This document shows positions 51,040 through 61,662 of a DNA stretch of 64,000 bases, piece after piece. Numbering within the stretch: the first letter of the stretch is position 1; the number at the start of each line of letters is the position of its first letter. The notes under the pieces were generated by a model. That model searched no databases. It was not told the DNA's origin and saw only the letters and a program-made list of their open reading frames with translations. The stretch comes from Octopus sinensis (lineage: Eukaryota), in contig NC_043022.1 of assembly GCF_006345805.1 (NCBI RefSeq), forward strand, positions 12,028,001-12,092,000, in the 5' to 3' direction. Made by a program: the position numbers and the translations under genes.

Positions 51040-51160
51040 GACAATCCATCCCATGGTGCTTGACCAGAATTATATCAATTTAAAGAATCAAGTTATCAAG
51101 GCTGAACGGAGGGTTCTCAAAGAGTTGGGCTTTTGTGTTCATTTCAAATATCCACACAAG
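51040..51160 (+). CDS. CCNL1: Cyclin L coding exon 4
   Basis: Acceptor ttgcag, (K)[40 protein letters not shown], donor gtaagt; 121 nt, phases 2/0. Confidence 0.96.
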
Positions 51161-52436
51161 GTAAGTTGTTTCGGTTCTCATAGCAACACTTGGAATTGGT
51201 AATTTCCATTATTTTAACAACATATTCCAGTTCTTAGCTATTGGTATGCTTGTTCTGCACTCATTGGCTTTCAATGATTTAGTGCCTTCTGGTGAGTGAT
51301 TGTGACTAATATATTCTGCATCTATCCTCAATTATGACAAGTGTTTGGTTAATTGAAAAATGAAACAGGAGGAAAAAAAGATTTTGTTCTAAGCATTATG
51401 GATGGGTGATAGGGTGCTGCCCAAGCAGAACTTTTGACTGATTGCTGACCTGTGTCAATACAGCTGTTTTCGTAGTGAGCATAACACAGTTCACAGTGAG
51501 TGTACCATGTTATCCTTGGTCAGTGATAAATGAGGATAGATGTAATATAATAGACAGGCTACCAAATGCACATCTCTCTCCTGTGTACACAGTGGATTGC
51601 TAGCATGGTTGGAGCGTCAGACAGAATGCATGACTATTTATTCTGGGTCTTTGTACAACTTGCTGTGTGTGGCTTTTTAAAAATTTCTTCTTCCTTCTGA
51701 TGATGAGGTGAATGAGTACTGGTAAAAATACTGGTGTGCAGCTCACTTTTACCCTTAAATTTGTAATTTTTAAGGTTCCTCTCAGTGGTTCCCAGACTTT
51801 TTGGGGCTGCCACACTCTTGGCACCCAGGCCACATTCTTAATGCCCCCACCCCAAATAACCATCACAAATATAGACCTCTTTCTGAAGCATGTTTAATAA
51901 ATAAAGCTTAACCTAATGACCCCATTATCGCTCCACTTTTCTTCAATGCCCCCTTAGAACTTATCACCATGGGGGAGTACAATACTGTTCCCGGTGTTAC
52001 GGTCAAAAGGATGTGTCTATCTGCTTTGGACCAGACATGCACCTAAAACCATGTGCTTCTACCAAGTCATGATGGTGATGGCTAAATTATATAATTGATG
52101 TATATCTAAGGGACAGTGGTCAGTGTGTTAAGCAAAAGTACCTTGTGGTATTGCTTTTGATTGAAAACCTTATGTCCCTTAATCCTAGGTTTACTTAGCC
52201 TTTCTCCTACTATGAGTTTGATAAAGTAAGTAGCAGGCAACGTACTGGAATTCTGAGTGCTTCAGTATGACCATAGTCCAGTGGTACATGGTGTTTGAAC
52301 TTTTCCCTGAACTTGAATATTTCCAACAACCATTTGTTAGTCAATATTTTGTTAGATGCTAGAGTTAGTAGCTGGTACACACAAACACGCAAGTACACAG
52401 TGTCCTGGTTAACAGTAACCAATTTAGTAAGTATTT

Positions 52437-52660
52437 AAGGCGGCGAGCTGGCAGAAACATTAGCACGCCGGACGAAATGCGTAGCCGTATTTCGTCTGCC
52501 GTTACGTTCTGAGTTCAAATTCCGCCGAGGTCGACTTTGCCTTTCATCCTTTCGGGGTCGATAAACTAAGTACCAGTTACGCACTGGGGTCGATGTAATT
52601 GACTTCATCTCCTTGTCTGTCCTCTCTGTGTTTAGCCCCTTGTGGGTAGTAAAGAAATAG
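52437..52660 (+). mobile_element. SINE family B, young full-length copy
   Basis: AGGCGGCGAGCTGGCAG...AAAGAAATAGG with CpGs intact; part of a composite insertion (see findings). Confidence 0.9.
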
Positions 52661-52861
52661 GTACATGGTGTTTGAACTTGAAATGTTTCTTCTTCGATTC
52701 TGTTGGAGCTTTTACAGTGAGGTGTAGTTAGAAGTATGCGTGTACTTAGATATGATGAAATGTTTTTTTTAGTTACACGTTGAACAAAAACGATTACAAT
52801 TGATGTTGTATTGACAGATCTGCTGTTAACAGCTGTTGCCCTTCTTTCTCTCTACCTCCAG

Positions 52862-52926
52862 ATGATTGTTATGTATCTACAAGTATTGGAGTGTGAAAAA
52901 AACCAGAAGCTTGTGCAGTGTGCATG
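52862..52926 (+). CDS. CCNL1: Cyclin L coding exon 5
   Basis: Acceptor ctccag, MIVMYLQVLECEKNQKLVQCA(W), donor gtgagt; 65 nt, phases 0/2. Confidence 0.95.
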
Positions 52927-55900
52927 GTGAGTATTTTCAGTTGATTGCGATTAACGGACACTCGAGTGTCACAGTAATTAAAATTAATCACATAAACAGC
53001 AGCATCTTGTCTTCTTGTTGTTCTTTATTTATAGGGGGAAATAGGGGCCAACTCTTTTTGATTCTGTTATCAAACTGGTAGCGAAGGGTTCCAGGGTTGC
53101 GAAATCAGCAATTTACATGGTCATCAGGGACAATGTTGAAATATTGAATAGGGGGAGTGTTTAGCTGGGAGGGAAGAACATGTGGTGGTAGGTGTTTAGA
53201 TCCTAGCCAGCCCTGATTCATTTGATGTAATCAAAATATTCCAACCATGGCCATCCCCTCTTCCATTTCAGATAAATGTATCTAGGCATATGTTCTTTTG
53301 AGTGACATCTGGTTGTTGTTTCCAGCAGTGACCATTTGGTGGTTCTAACATAAATGGTGGAATCTTTAGTAAAATGGGAAATGTCTAAAAGAAAAATTTA
53401 ACTGTTTAAGTCCCAGCAGATTTATAATCAATTGTTCCCAGCATTACCATCCAGCCCCCCCCCTTTTCCCTTGGACTACTTTATTTATTTAATGTCTTGT
53501 CTTTTACTAAGAGAGTGGGGTGTGATTTGAGGCAGATCGGACTGCCATTTCCTTGCAATTTAAGCAACCATGTTGAGGCTCCCTTAGTAGTTTAGAAGAC
53601 AGTGTGGAGGGAGGGTTGTTGCATTGTGCGATCATGTGCGTAAACCATGAAGACCGGCTTTGAGGCTGTTGTTATTTATCCTTAGGTTGGCTTTGGTCAA
53701 GTGGATATGTGATCAAAAGCGTTCCAGCCACGGCCACCTCATTTTTATTTTTCAGGCACACCATGTATCTAGGACACTTTTTCTTATGTACCCATCAATT
53801 TTTTTCAAGGTGGTAGGGTGTGATTTGAGGGAGATTTGGTTGCTATTTCTATCTAACAGGGTCACTGTGTAATCTGAGGTGTTTGTGTGGGAAGTTGGTT
53901 ATTCAAGTTCAGGGTTATTTGCTATTTTCTTAATAAAATTAAACTCTTTGTCAGCCACTAATTGTTTATTAATATTGATTTTCTTTTTTACCTGCCCAGC
54001 TGAAATGGGTAGAACTTGCTTTGTGCCATCCTAAGACTGCCGACTACTGTCTACTACAGCTCCTCCTACTGTCGATCAGGAAGTGTCCTGAGAACCAGTC
54101 ACCACAACCCTGCACAACTGACATGCCACCTGCATCATATTCTCAGAACAAGTTCTTGATGGATCCAACCAGTGCCTGCTGTTGATTTTGCAGTTTGTCA
54201 TTCAAGCAGTGATTCAGGGCTCTTTTCTGATTTTATGGCTTTTTGTTAACTCATTCAGTCCTGTGTGCCAGGTCTCTCTTTTTGAGAAGATGTCTTTTAT
54301 GAAATTTTTTTAAAATCCTAGAACGCTTCTGGTAAAATTACAAAAAAACACTAAAACCAACCAGAAAAAAAAAAAGGTAATAACCCAAACTGCTGCGGTG
54401 CTTCCCTCTCGTTTGTACCAAAATTTTCCTCTTTTAATTGATGTCTTCCTGTGTTTTTTTTTTTTTTTTTATTCCCTGCTTTTGGGCTGCTTTAGTTTCT
54501 TCTAAGATGCAGAAATGTTTTGAACTTTGAAACTCCTTCCTTCCCATTCTAGCAGTCCTAACATGATTCCATTATTCCCCCGTTTTCCCCAAAATGTGGG
54601 CTGGATGAGTTGACATGTCAGTCTTCCTATGTAAGCTGTAATCAGAAAAATTGTATATATTTTTCTAAACAACTTTTCCCTGAACTTGAATATTTCCAAC
54701 AACCATTTGTTAGTCAATATTTTGTTAGATGCTAGAGTTAGTAGCTGGTACACACAAACACGCAAGTACACAGTGTCCTGGTTAACAGTAACCAATTTAG
54801 TAAGTATTGGTCATTCATTCATCCATCCATTCATTCATTCATCATCATTTAACATTTGTTTTCCATGCTGGCATGGGCAACTTTTTTGAGAAGCAAGCTA
54901 CAATACTAAAAAAAAAAACAAAAAGAATTCAAGATAGTTTTTCATTAGACATGCCATTCACAAAGTCCCATGGGCTGCAGTTTTCCCATAAATAGATTAA
55001 GGCAGTAAACACTGATGGTATGCAAGCTGGTAGCTCAATTTTTCTGTAGCTACTAGACCTGATGTGTCTATAAACAGAACAGTTACTTGTTTCTCTGGGA
55101 TTGGTCAAGTGATGTAGGCACCTGATGAGACTTTAATAAGAATTGAAACTTGATTAAAGCTCTGTTTTCTTTTTTCTTCTTCAATGTACAGATGGGCAAA
55201 ATTGACATGTTTGTATATGTCTACTGTGTAGATTATTATAATATGCAGTGAGAAGCCTGGTGTGAGTGAGCAACTAATCACCACTTAACTCTGCTGACGG
55301 TACTGAAACAAATACTACACTGCACTGATTGGTCATGTCAGAAATAATGTTTGACTAAATTGTCAATTTAATGATCTCTGATAACTCTTAATTGATAAGT
55401 ATTTACTCTCAGTTTTTAATCTGCTCTCTTTTTCATCATCATGCTCATGTCTGCTTTCCTAGTTCAGATGGGGTCTGCTGAGGCAGATTTTCTATGATGC
55501 ACCCATTCCTGCTGAGAGCAATTTTATGATGGGAGAAACTAAAAGAATAGTCATATTCCCGTTGGACCCTGAAATTTATTATAAACTTGTGGCCATACTG
55601 ATGCACTACTCCACATAAACTCACATGGTTACCAATAGAACACTCACTTCAGCCCTAGTCAATTGCTGTCTTTCTATACCCCGTAGTTTGTGGGTGGATT
55701 GATTTCAGTATTGAACTGAGCCAATTTTGTTTTTGTTCTTAGTCAGTGGGTGGTAATGTTTTGGGAATGAGATTGATATTCTAATTACATCTACTTCACT
55801 TGCAACGAGCATTGCATATGGCCCCAAGATTATCTAATTGATTTGCTATGAACATTGCAAATATCTCTATTTCCTTCATTTAATATAAGTCCAATATAGC

Positions 55901-56195
55901 TGGAATGCTTTTGATCACAGAATCTGCATGGCCAGGATTGGCCTGTGGCTAAATAACAGCTAAAGATATATTCGAGTTTTAGTTACGATTTTGAAGATAT
56001 TTTAATGTGAAAGTTCCAGGGGGTGATTAGGTGAAGCCTGTTGTATGTTTGTCTCTGTTGTTGTTGTTGCATTATTGTCATTCCAAGAAAATAGCATTTC
56101 GATGACTATTTCTACAAACTCTGCTTCACTACAAATAAATGTTTCATACCTCCCTCTCTATTTCCCTATTTTTCTCTCTCTCTCTACTCTTACAG

Positions 56196-56295
56196 GAATT
56201 ATATGAATGACAGTTTCAGAACAAATGTATTTGTACGTTATCATCCAGAAACAATTGCTTGTGCCTGTATTTATCTTGCTGCTCGACAACTTCAG
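56196..56295 (+). CDS. CCNL1: Cyclin L coding exon 6
   Basis: Acceptor ttacag, [33 protein letters not shown], donor gtaaga; 100 nt, phases 2/0. Confidence 0.96.
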
Positions 56296-57293
56296 GTAAG
56301 AACAAATCTTTTTTTTCTTTTAATGTCTGTGTCTTTTATGTTCACCTTTTACGTTAAGATTTTGCTCCAGCACCACACTGCTACCATCTTTCTCATCTTC
56401 CCATAATATTGGGTAATTGTGTATTTCCTTTATAATAAGACTCTTGTATTTGTCCCTCCCTCTATCATGCTTGAACCTAGGCATTGACAACCTCTCATGA
56501 AGCAAGGTGTGCCATTCGGAAAGCAAATACCTCTCACAGTCAGTGATTTTTTTTTTTTTTTTTTTCCTCTGTTCTTTTTCTGTCTTTCAAGTTGCTGGTG
56601 CCAGTGACATGGCAAAAAAGCATCCAATATAGACTATAAAGTAGCTGGCGTTAGGAAAAGCATCCAGTTGTAAAAACCATGCTAAAGCTGACATTACGAG
56701 TTTGATGCAGCCCTGCAACTGTCAGTATGGAAAAACTGATGATGGTCTTTGTGATTTGATGTGATTTCAAGTTGTAACCTAAGAATAAACTTGTTAGGAT
56801 TTTGCTTAAATATTGCAGTGACATCAACAGTTGATATCACTGCAATGGTTACAAAATCTCCCTTTCTGCTAACTATGAACCAAGATCATTGTAAACGTTG
56901 AAGATAGGCACTTGAAATTTGTTATTCCATCAGTAGATGCATTAGGATCGTCATTGGGTTTGATGTGGTTTATTGAGGCAGATACTTTTCCATGGCTATA
57001 TTTTTTTTTAAGAATATTGGGAATGATGCTGACGCACATTTTCAACTACCATGCTGTTTCTAGACAGGGTGGGAGAGACACACACACACATAGGTTTCTT
57101 TCATTTTCCGTCTTCCAAGTTCATTCAAAAGGCTTTGGTCAGCTAGGGGCTGTTGTAGAAGACTCTTGCTCATAGTGCCTTGTAGTGGGACTGAACCTGA
57201 AACCACATGCATGGGAAGCAAGCTTCTTAACCTCACAGCTACACCTGCACGTATATATAACTAATAATATATTGTTGTTTCTTTAATATTCAG

Positions 57294-57398
57294 ATTCCTT
57301 TACCAAATAGTCCCCATTGGTTCTGGTTGTTTGATGTTACGGAAGAACAGATCAAAGCTGTTAGTTTGACAATTTTGAGGCTCTATGCTAGGAAGAAG
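57294..57398 (+). CDS. CCNL1: Cyclin L coding exon 7
   Basis: Acceptor ttcag, [35 protein letters not shown], donor gtaagt; 105 nt. Confidence 0.95.
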
Positions 57399-57523
57399 GT
57401 AAGTTGATATTTTAGTGTTATGATCGAGAGCTTAAAATAGTCGCTCAACTTTACCTGCCTTTCACTTGACTCGTCTTTGCCTTTCACTAGATTAAATCTT
57501 ACTTTTACGCATCTTGTTTCCAG

Positions 57524-57647
57524 GCAAACTGTGATGAATTAGAGAAAATAGTTGCTGAACACAGACGTATACAGGTTGAGGCAAAACTAAAGGCAAAAAA
57601 TCAGAAATCTGGCAATGGTACCCCCAACTCGACAATTTCACGTCCTG
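57524..57647 (+). CDS. CCNL1: Cyclin L coding exon 8
   Basis: Acceptor ttccag, ANCDELEKIVAEHRRIQVEAKLKAKNQKSGNGTPNSTISRP, donor gtaagt; 124 nt, phases 0/1. Confidence 0.93.
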
Positions 57648-57702
57648 GTAAGTGATTCTCAATGTTTTGATCTCTCTCTCTCTCTCTCTCTCTCATTGTT
57701 AT

Positions 57703-58150
57703 ATCATCATCATCATCGTTTAACGTCCGTTCTCCGTGCTAGCACAGGTTGGATGGTTCGACCGGGGATCTGGGAAGCCAGAAGGCTGCACCAGGCCCAG
57801 TCTGATCTGGCAGTGTTTCTGCAGCTGGATGCCCTTCCTAACGCCAGCCACTCCGTGAGTGTAGTGGGTGCTTTTTACGTGCCGCCGGCACGGAAGCAAG
57901 TCAAGGCGGCGCTGGCATCAGCCACAATTCGGATAGTGCTTTTTACATGCCACCGGCATGGAAGCCAGTCTAGGTGGCGCTGGCATCGGCCACGTTCAGA
58001 TGGTGCTTTTTACGTGCCACCGGCACAGGGATCACAACTGCAGTTTCCTTTGATTTTGATGTTGGTGTACTTGACTCAATGGATCTTCTCAAGCACAGGG
58101 TCGAAATGGTGTTTCTTCACTTGCCACCTGCACAGGAGTCAGTCCAGTGG
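57703..58150 (-). mobile_element. Family D retroposon with internal tandem repeats of about 66 bp
   Basis: (CAT)n tail on the left; the motif GTGCTTTTTACRTGCCRCCGGCA occurs three times. Confidence 0.75.
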
Positions 58151-58331
58151 TCCTGGCAACTGCTGGGTGCCAGTCATAGGATTGGTTATACTATATAATT
58201 AATTAGTACTAGCAGTGGTGGTGGTTACTGTATGGTCCTTATTGCTGTGTAGTTTGTGGTCCCTTCACCTTATTCACTTATTTCCACAAACGTCTGTTGT
58301 GCCATTCCTAAACATGTTCATTTCATTTCAG

Positions 58332-58425
58332 CTTCCCCCAAGTTGACTTGCAGTCCAGTGACCTCTTCAGCTCCAACGAAGGCCAAGAGTAAAGATGAGC
58401 GTGTTCAATCAGACCACAGTTCAGA
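58332..58425 (+). CDS. CCNL1: Cyclin L coding exon 9
   Basis: Acceptor tttcag, (A)SPKLTCSPVTSSAPTKAKSKDERVQSDHSS, donor gtaagt; 94 nt, phases 1/2 fit both neighbours. Confidence 0.85.
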
Positions 58426-58604
58426 GTAAGTTGTCCAGTCTTAATTTAGTAATTAAAAGCAGGTGTTAACTTTTTCGTGTCTCATAAGTAATGTGTTTGA
58501 CTGCATAAGAGATGTGTGAGCTTTTTGGACACTGATTTCAGAGTGAATATTCAGGAATAGATAGCTTTTAGTTTCATTAAAGCAATCTAGCTGTGTATAA
58601 GAAG

Positions 58605-58988
58605 ACAGGCGTGGCTGTGTGGTAAGTAGCTTGCTTACCAACCACAATGTTTCGGGTTCAGTCCCACTGCGTGGCACCTTGGGCAAGTGTCTTCTACTAT
58701 AGCCTCGGGCCGACCAAAGCCTTGCGAGTGGATTTGGTAGACGCAAACTGAAAGAAGTCCATTGTATATATGTATGTATATATGTGCATGTATGTTTGTG
58801 TGTCTCTGTTTGTCCCCCCCTAACATCACTTGACAACTGATGCTGGTGTGTTTATGTCCCCGTCACTTAACAGTTTGACAAAGAGACCAATTGAATAGGC
58901 TTACAAAGAATAAATCCTAGGGCCGATTTGTTTGACTAGAGGTGGTGCTCCAGCATGACCACAGTCAAATGACTGAAACAAATAAAAG
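58605..58988 (+). mobile_element. SINE family A, older copy with CpG decay
   Basis: Family A consensus with several CG>TG/CA changes. Confidence 0.85.
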
Positions 58989-59229
58989 GATGATGGTAAT
59001 GTAAATACTATTCGTATGAAATTATGCTAGGTAGGAGAGAGTCGATTGTAGTAAGAAGCTTCAGGGGCGAATTTAGCTAAGAAGAGCCTGAGGTTTTTCA
59101 TAGATAAAAGTGCGTCTTATATGCCATCAAATACAGTATTAATTTGGTTAGTTTTTTTCTTTGTGTTAATAGCACTAAATTAATGTCTTCGTTAATTAAC
59201 CCGTCTTCATTCGTGTGTTTTTCTTGTAG

Positions 59230-59325
59230 TGATCCTGCACCACATAACCATGTCAACAAGAGGCGGCGAAGTCTTTCCAGAAGTGACAAAAGCCTATCAG
59301 ACTCCAACTCAAAAAGTAGATCGAG
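59230..59325 (+). CDS. CCNL1: Cyclin L coding exon 10
   Basis: Acceptor ttgtag, (D)DPAPHNHVNKRRRSLSRSDKSLSDSNSKSRS, donor gtgagt; 96 nt, phases 2/2. Confidence 0.88.
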
Positions 59326-59464
59326 GTGAGTTATTTGTTGTTGATGTTCAAGTGGGTGGGTTACTCTTGCTTCAATTAAGTATAGCTCCAGTAATGATGG
59401 CTTGTAGGGACAAGTACCATTATAGCCCCTAATGACAACTTATTTGATCCACTTGATGTATTAA

Positions 59465-59905
59465 CCCATTAGTGTTTAAACCAGCCTCATCTGGCCCAAA
59501 TATTCTATGTTTTATATTTGAACTAGCCATATCTAGCCTCTTGCACCTAACCTACATTGACATTCTAAACATATATATTCACATCATTGAGATTTCAAGC
59601 TATGAGATAATGTATGATTAATTCAAAACAGTACGTTTATATATTTGTTTTGCAAGATTTTTATGTGAAGTCATGTGTTGAAACAGATATTGTTATATTT
59701 CGGAATGGTCATTTTGCCAGTTTAGCCAATAATTAAGATTAATGTAAAAAATGAATAACACTGAAGCAAAGTAACACCAAATATATAGTGCGTGTGTTTT
59801 TATTGGCTAAACTGGCAAAATGACCATTCCGAAATATAACAATAATTCAAAACAATTTGAGTGAAAAAGAATTACATTTAACAGAGTAATCTGAACATTA
59901 AAGGG
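59465..59905. mobile_element. piggyBac-like MITE carrying a nested 212-bp insertion
   Basis: TTAA-CCCATTAG...TTAAAGGG-TTAA; the nested insert 59631-59842 is flanked by a 12-bp duplication, TAATTCAAAACA. Confidence 0.75.
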
Positions 59906-60379
59906 TTAAAGGAGATTTTTGTCAAAAGAGGAGGGTAGCAGTACATTATCTTTTCAGTTTCTCTTAGACTTATTTAGAGAAGTAAGGTTTCCGTATTTGT
60001 CAGGGATTCTTAGAGAGCCACAAAATGCATATAATTTAATATTTGAAGGGAAAGAAAAGTGTCGTATATGGTTTATGTCGTTAGAACTCCTCTTTTTTAA
60101 AATTTCGAACAGAACATGGCTAGAAGTATATTGAGTTCTTCATAACCAGCTGATCTAGCAAGCGGGGCCTCATATCAGTGAGGAGGGGCCGGTGCGCATT
60201 GATGCCGTCGAGAGGTAGGCCCCGAAACGGCGCGCATTCTCTCCTGATGACCCCATACACTTGCTAGCTTCCGGTATAGGGAGCTTTTAACTGGTAGCAC
60301 TTGCATGTGCAAGTTTTTTGCAAGACATCATCTTAGCAATTACTGTGTATTATTTGAGTGAATTTCTTTTCTTTTGCAG

Positions 60380-60722
60380 ATCCGAGAGGTCTTTCAGCCA
60401 CAGTCACAGTCGATCTCCTGCCAACAAGAATAAACGGTATCGGACCCCACCACGTAAATATCGTAGCAAGGACAAATACTCGCCCGAGCGCTACGTCCAG
60501 AAAGAGAAACACACCCACAAACGGAACAAACGTCGGTCATACTCGAGAAGCCGCAGTCGGTCGTTCAGCCAGTCCCCTGAACATCGACGTGCCGGCCACA
60601 AGAAATACTACCGCGAGAGGGACCACTATCCTTACAATCACAGCCCCGACAACAAACAGTACAAGAAACACAGAAACCACCGCAGCCCCTCTTACGAGAG
60701 GTATGACAAGTACAAACGATAA
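60380..60722 (+). CDS. CCNL1: Cyclin L coding exon 11 (RS domain, last)
   Basis: Acceptor ttgcag, (R)SERSFSHSHSRSP...RRSYSRSRSRSFSQSP...YERYDKYKR*; 343 nt. Total CDS 1440 nt = 479 aa plus stop. Confidence 0.94.
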
Positions 60723-61237
60723 TGCCAGCTTGTCAAAGCAGAATGTGATTTTTGTATACCAGTTTCCCCTTCCCCCCATGCCACTCACCATGTAAGTTGA
60801 CAATTTCCTACCCCCCCCAACACAGGAGAGTGTGTTAGTGGTTACCACCAGTTTGTTGGTCTCAGTTGACAGCACCCACCCCCAACCTTTCACCTTGCTG
60901 TATTCCCACAGTGATACATAGGTCCTTTTTCCCCTTTTAGGTTACTTCTAAAAAAAATTTTTTTTTTTTTTTTTTTTTTGTTTATTCAAAAAAGAACAAA
61001 AAGAAAAAACGTGGATTCTTGCGAAGTCCATGGAACAATCTAGATTGAAATGTTTGCTGGGTCTGTTGCTACTGTGCACTGATGGACTAAAAAGTTTGTG
61101 TGTCTGTGTGGGTTTGGTCCTGTCTTGTGTTCCATCGTCTTGGCTATCTCATCTACTTCTCAGGGACATCATTTGTCGATACTCATCATGCCATGGAGAG
61201 GATGTGAAGACAGTTGTAAATATATTTGTAAATAGAC

Positions 61238-61243
61238 ATTAAA
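61238..61243 (+). promoter_or_regulatory. Possible variant polyadenylation signal (ATTAAA) for cyclin L
   Basis: ATTAAA about 515 nt after the stop, followed by U-rich sequence; not verifiable from sequence alone. Confidence 0.3.
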
Positions 61244-61431
61244 ACATATATCTGTATAGATTCAAACTTCTCTCTGTCTTCTTTTATTCTTGTTCTCTTT
61301 TTGTTGTTTTTAGCCCATTTGATGGCCTGCTTGAAACTGCCTCTGGTTTTATAACAAACTTCTTGTTTTAATGTAATGAAAATTTTAAAATCTCTCATCA
61401 GAATTTTATGTTGATTTATGTTCCAAATGCC

Positions 61432-61662
61432 TATTTCTTTACTACCCACAAGGGGCTAAACACAGGACAAACAAGGACAGACAAACGGATTAAGTCGATT
61501 ACATCGACTCCAGTGCGTAACTGGTACTTAATTTATCGACCCCGAAAGGATGAAAAGCGAAGTTGACCCTCGGTGGAATTTGAACTCAGAACGTAGCGGC
61601 AGACGAAATACTGCTAAGCATTTTGCTCAGCGTGCTAACGTTTCTGCCAGCTCGCCGCCTTC
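61432..61662 (-). mobile_element. SINE family B
   Basis: Reverse complement of the family B consensus. Confidence 0.85.

Noticed and set aside
60163-60260. HDV-like ribozyme, RNase MRP or U3 snoRNA identity for the structured island
   Set aside because: A 7-bp G-initiated P1-like helix exists, but the P3/L3 and J4/2 motifs are missing on both strands. The MRP pseudoknot halves are in the wrong order and there is no U3 5' domain.
60333-60893. Overlapping ORFs in other frames and on the minus strand across the last cyclin L exon
   Set aside because: Shadow ORFs of the GC-rich, low-complexity RS-coding exon; non-ATG or unsupported starts and no homology cues.
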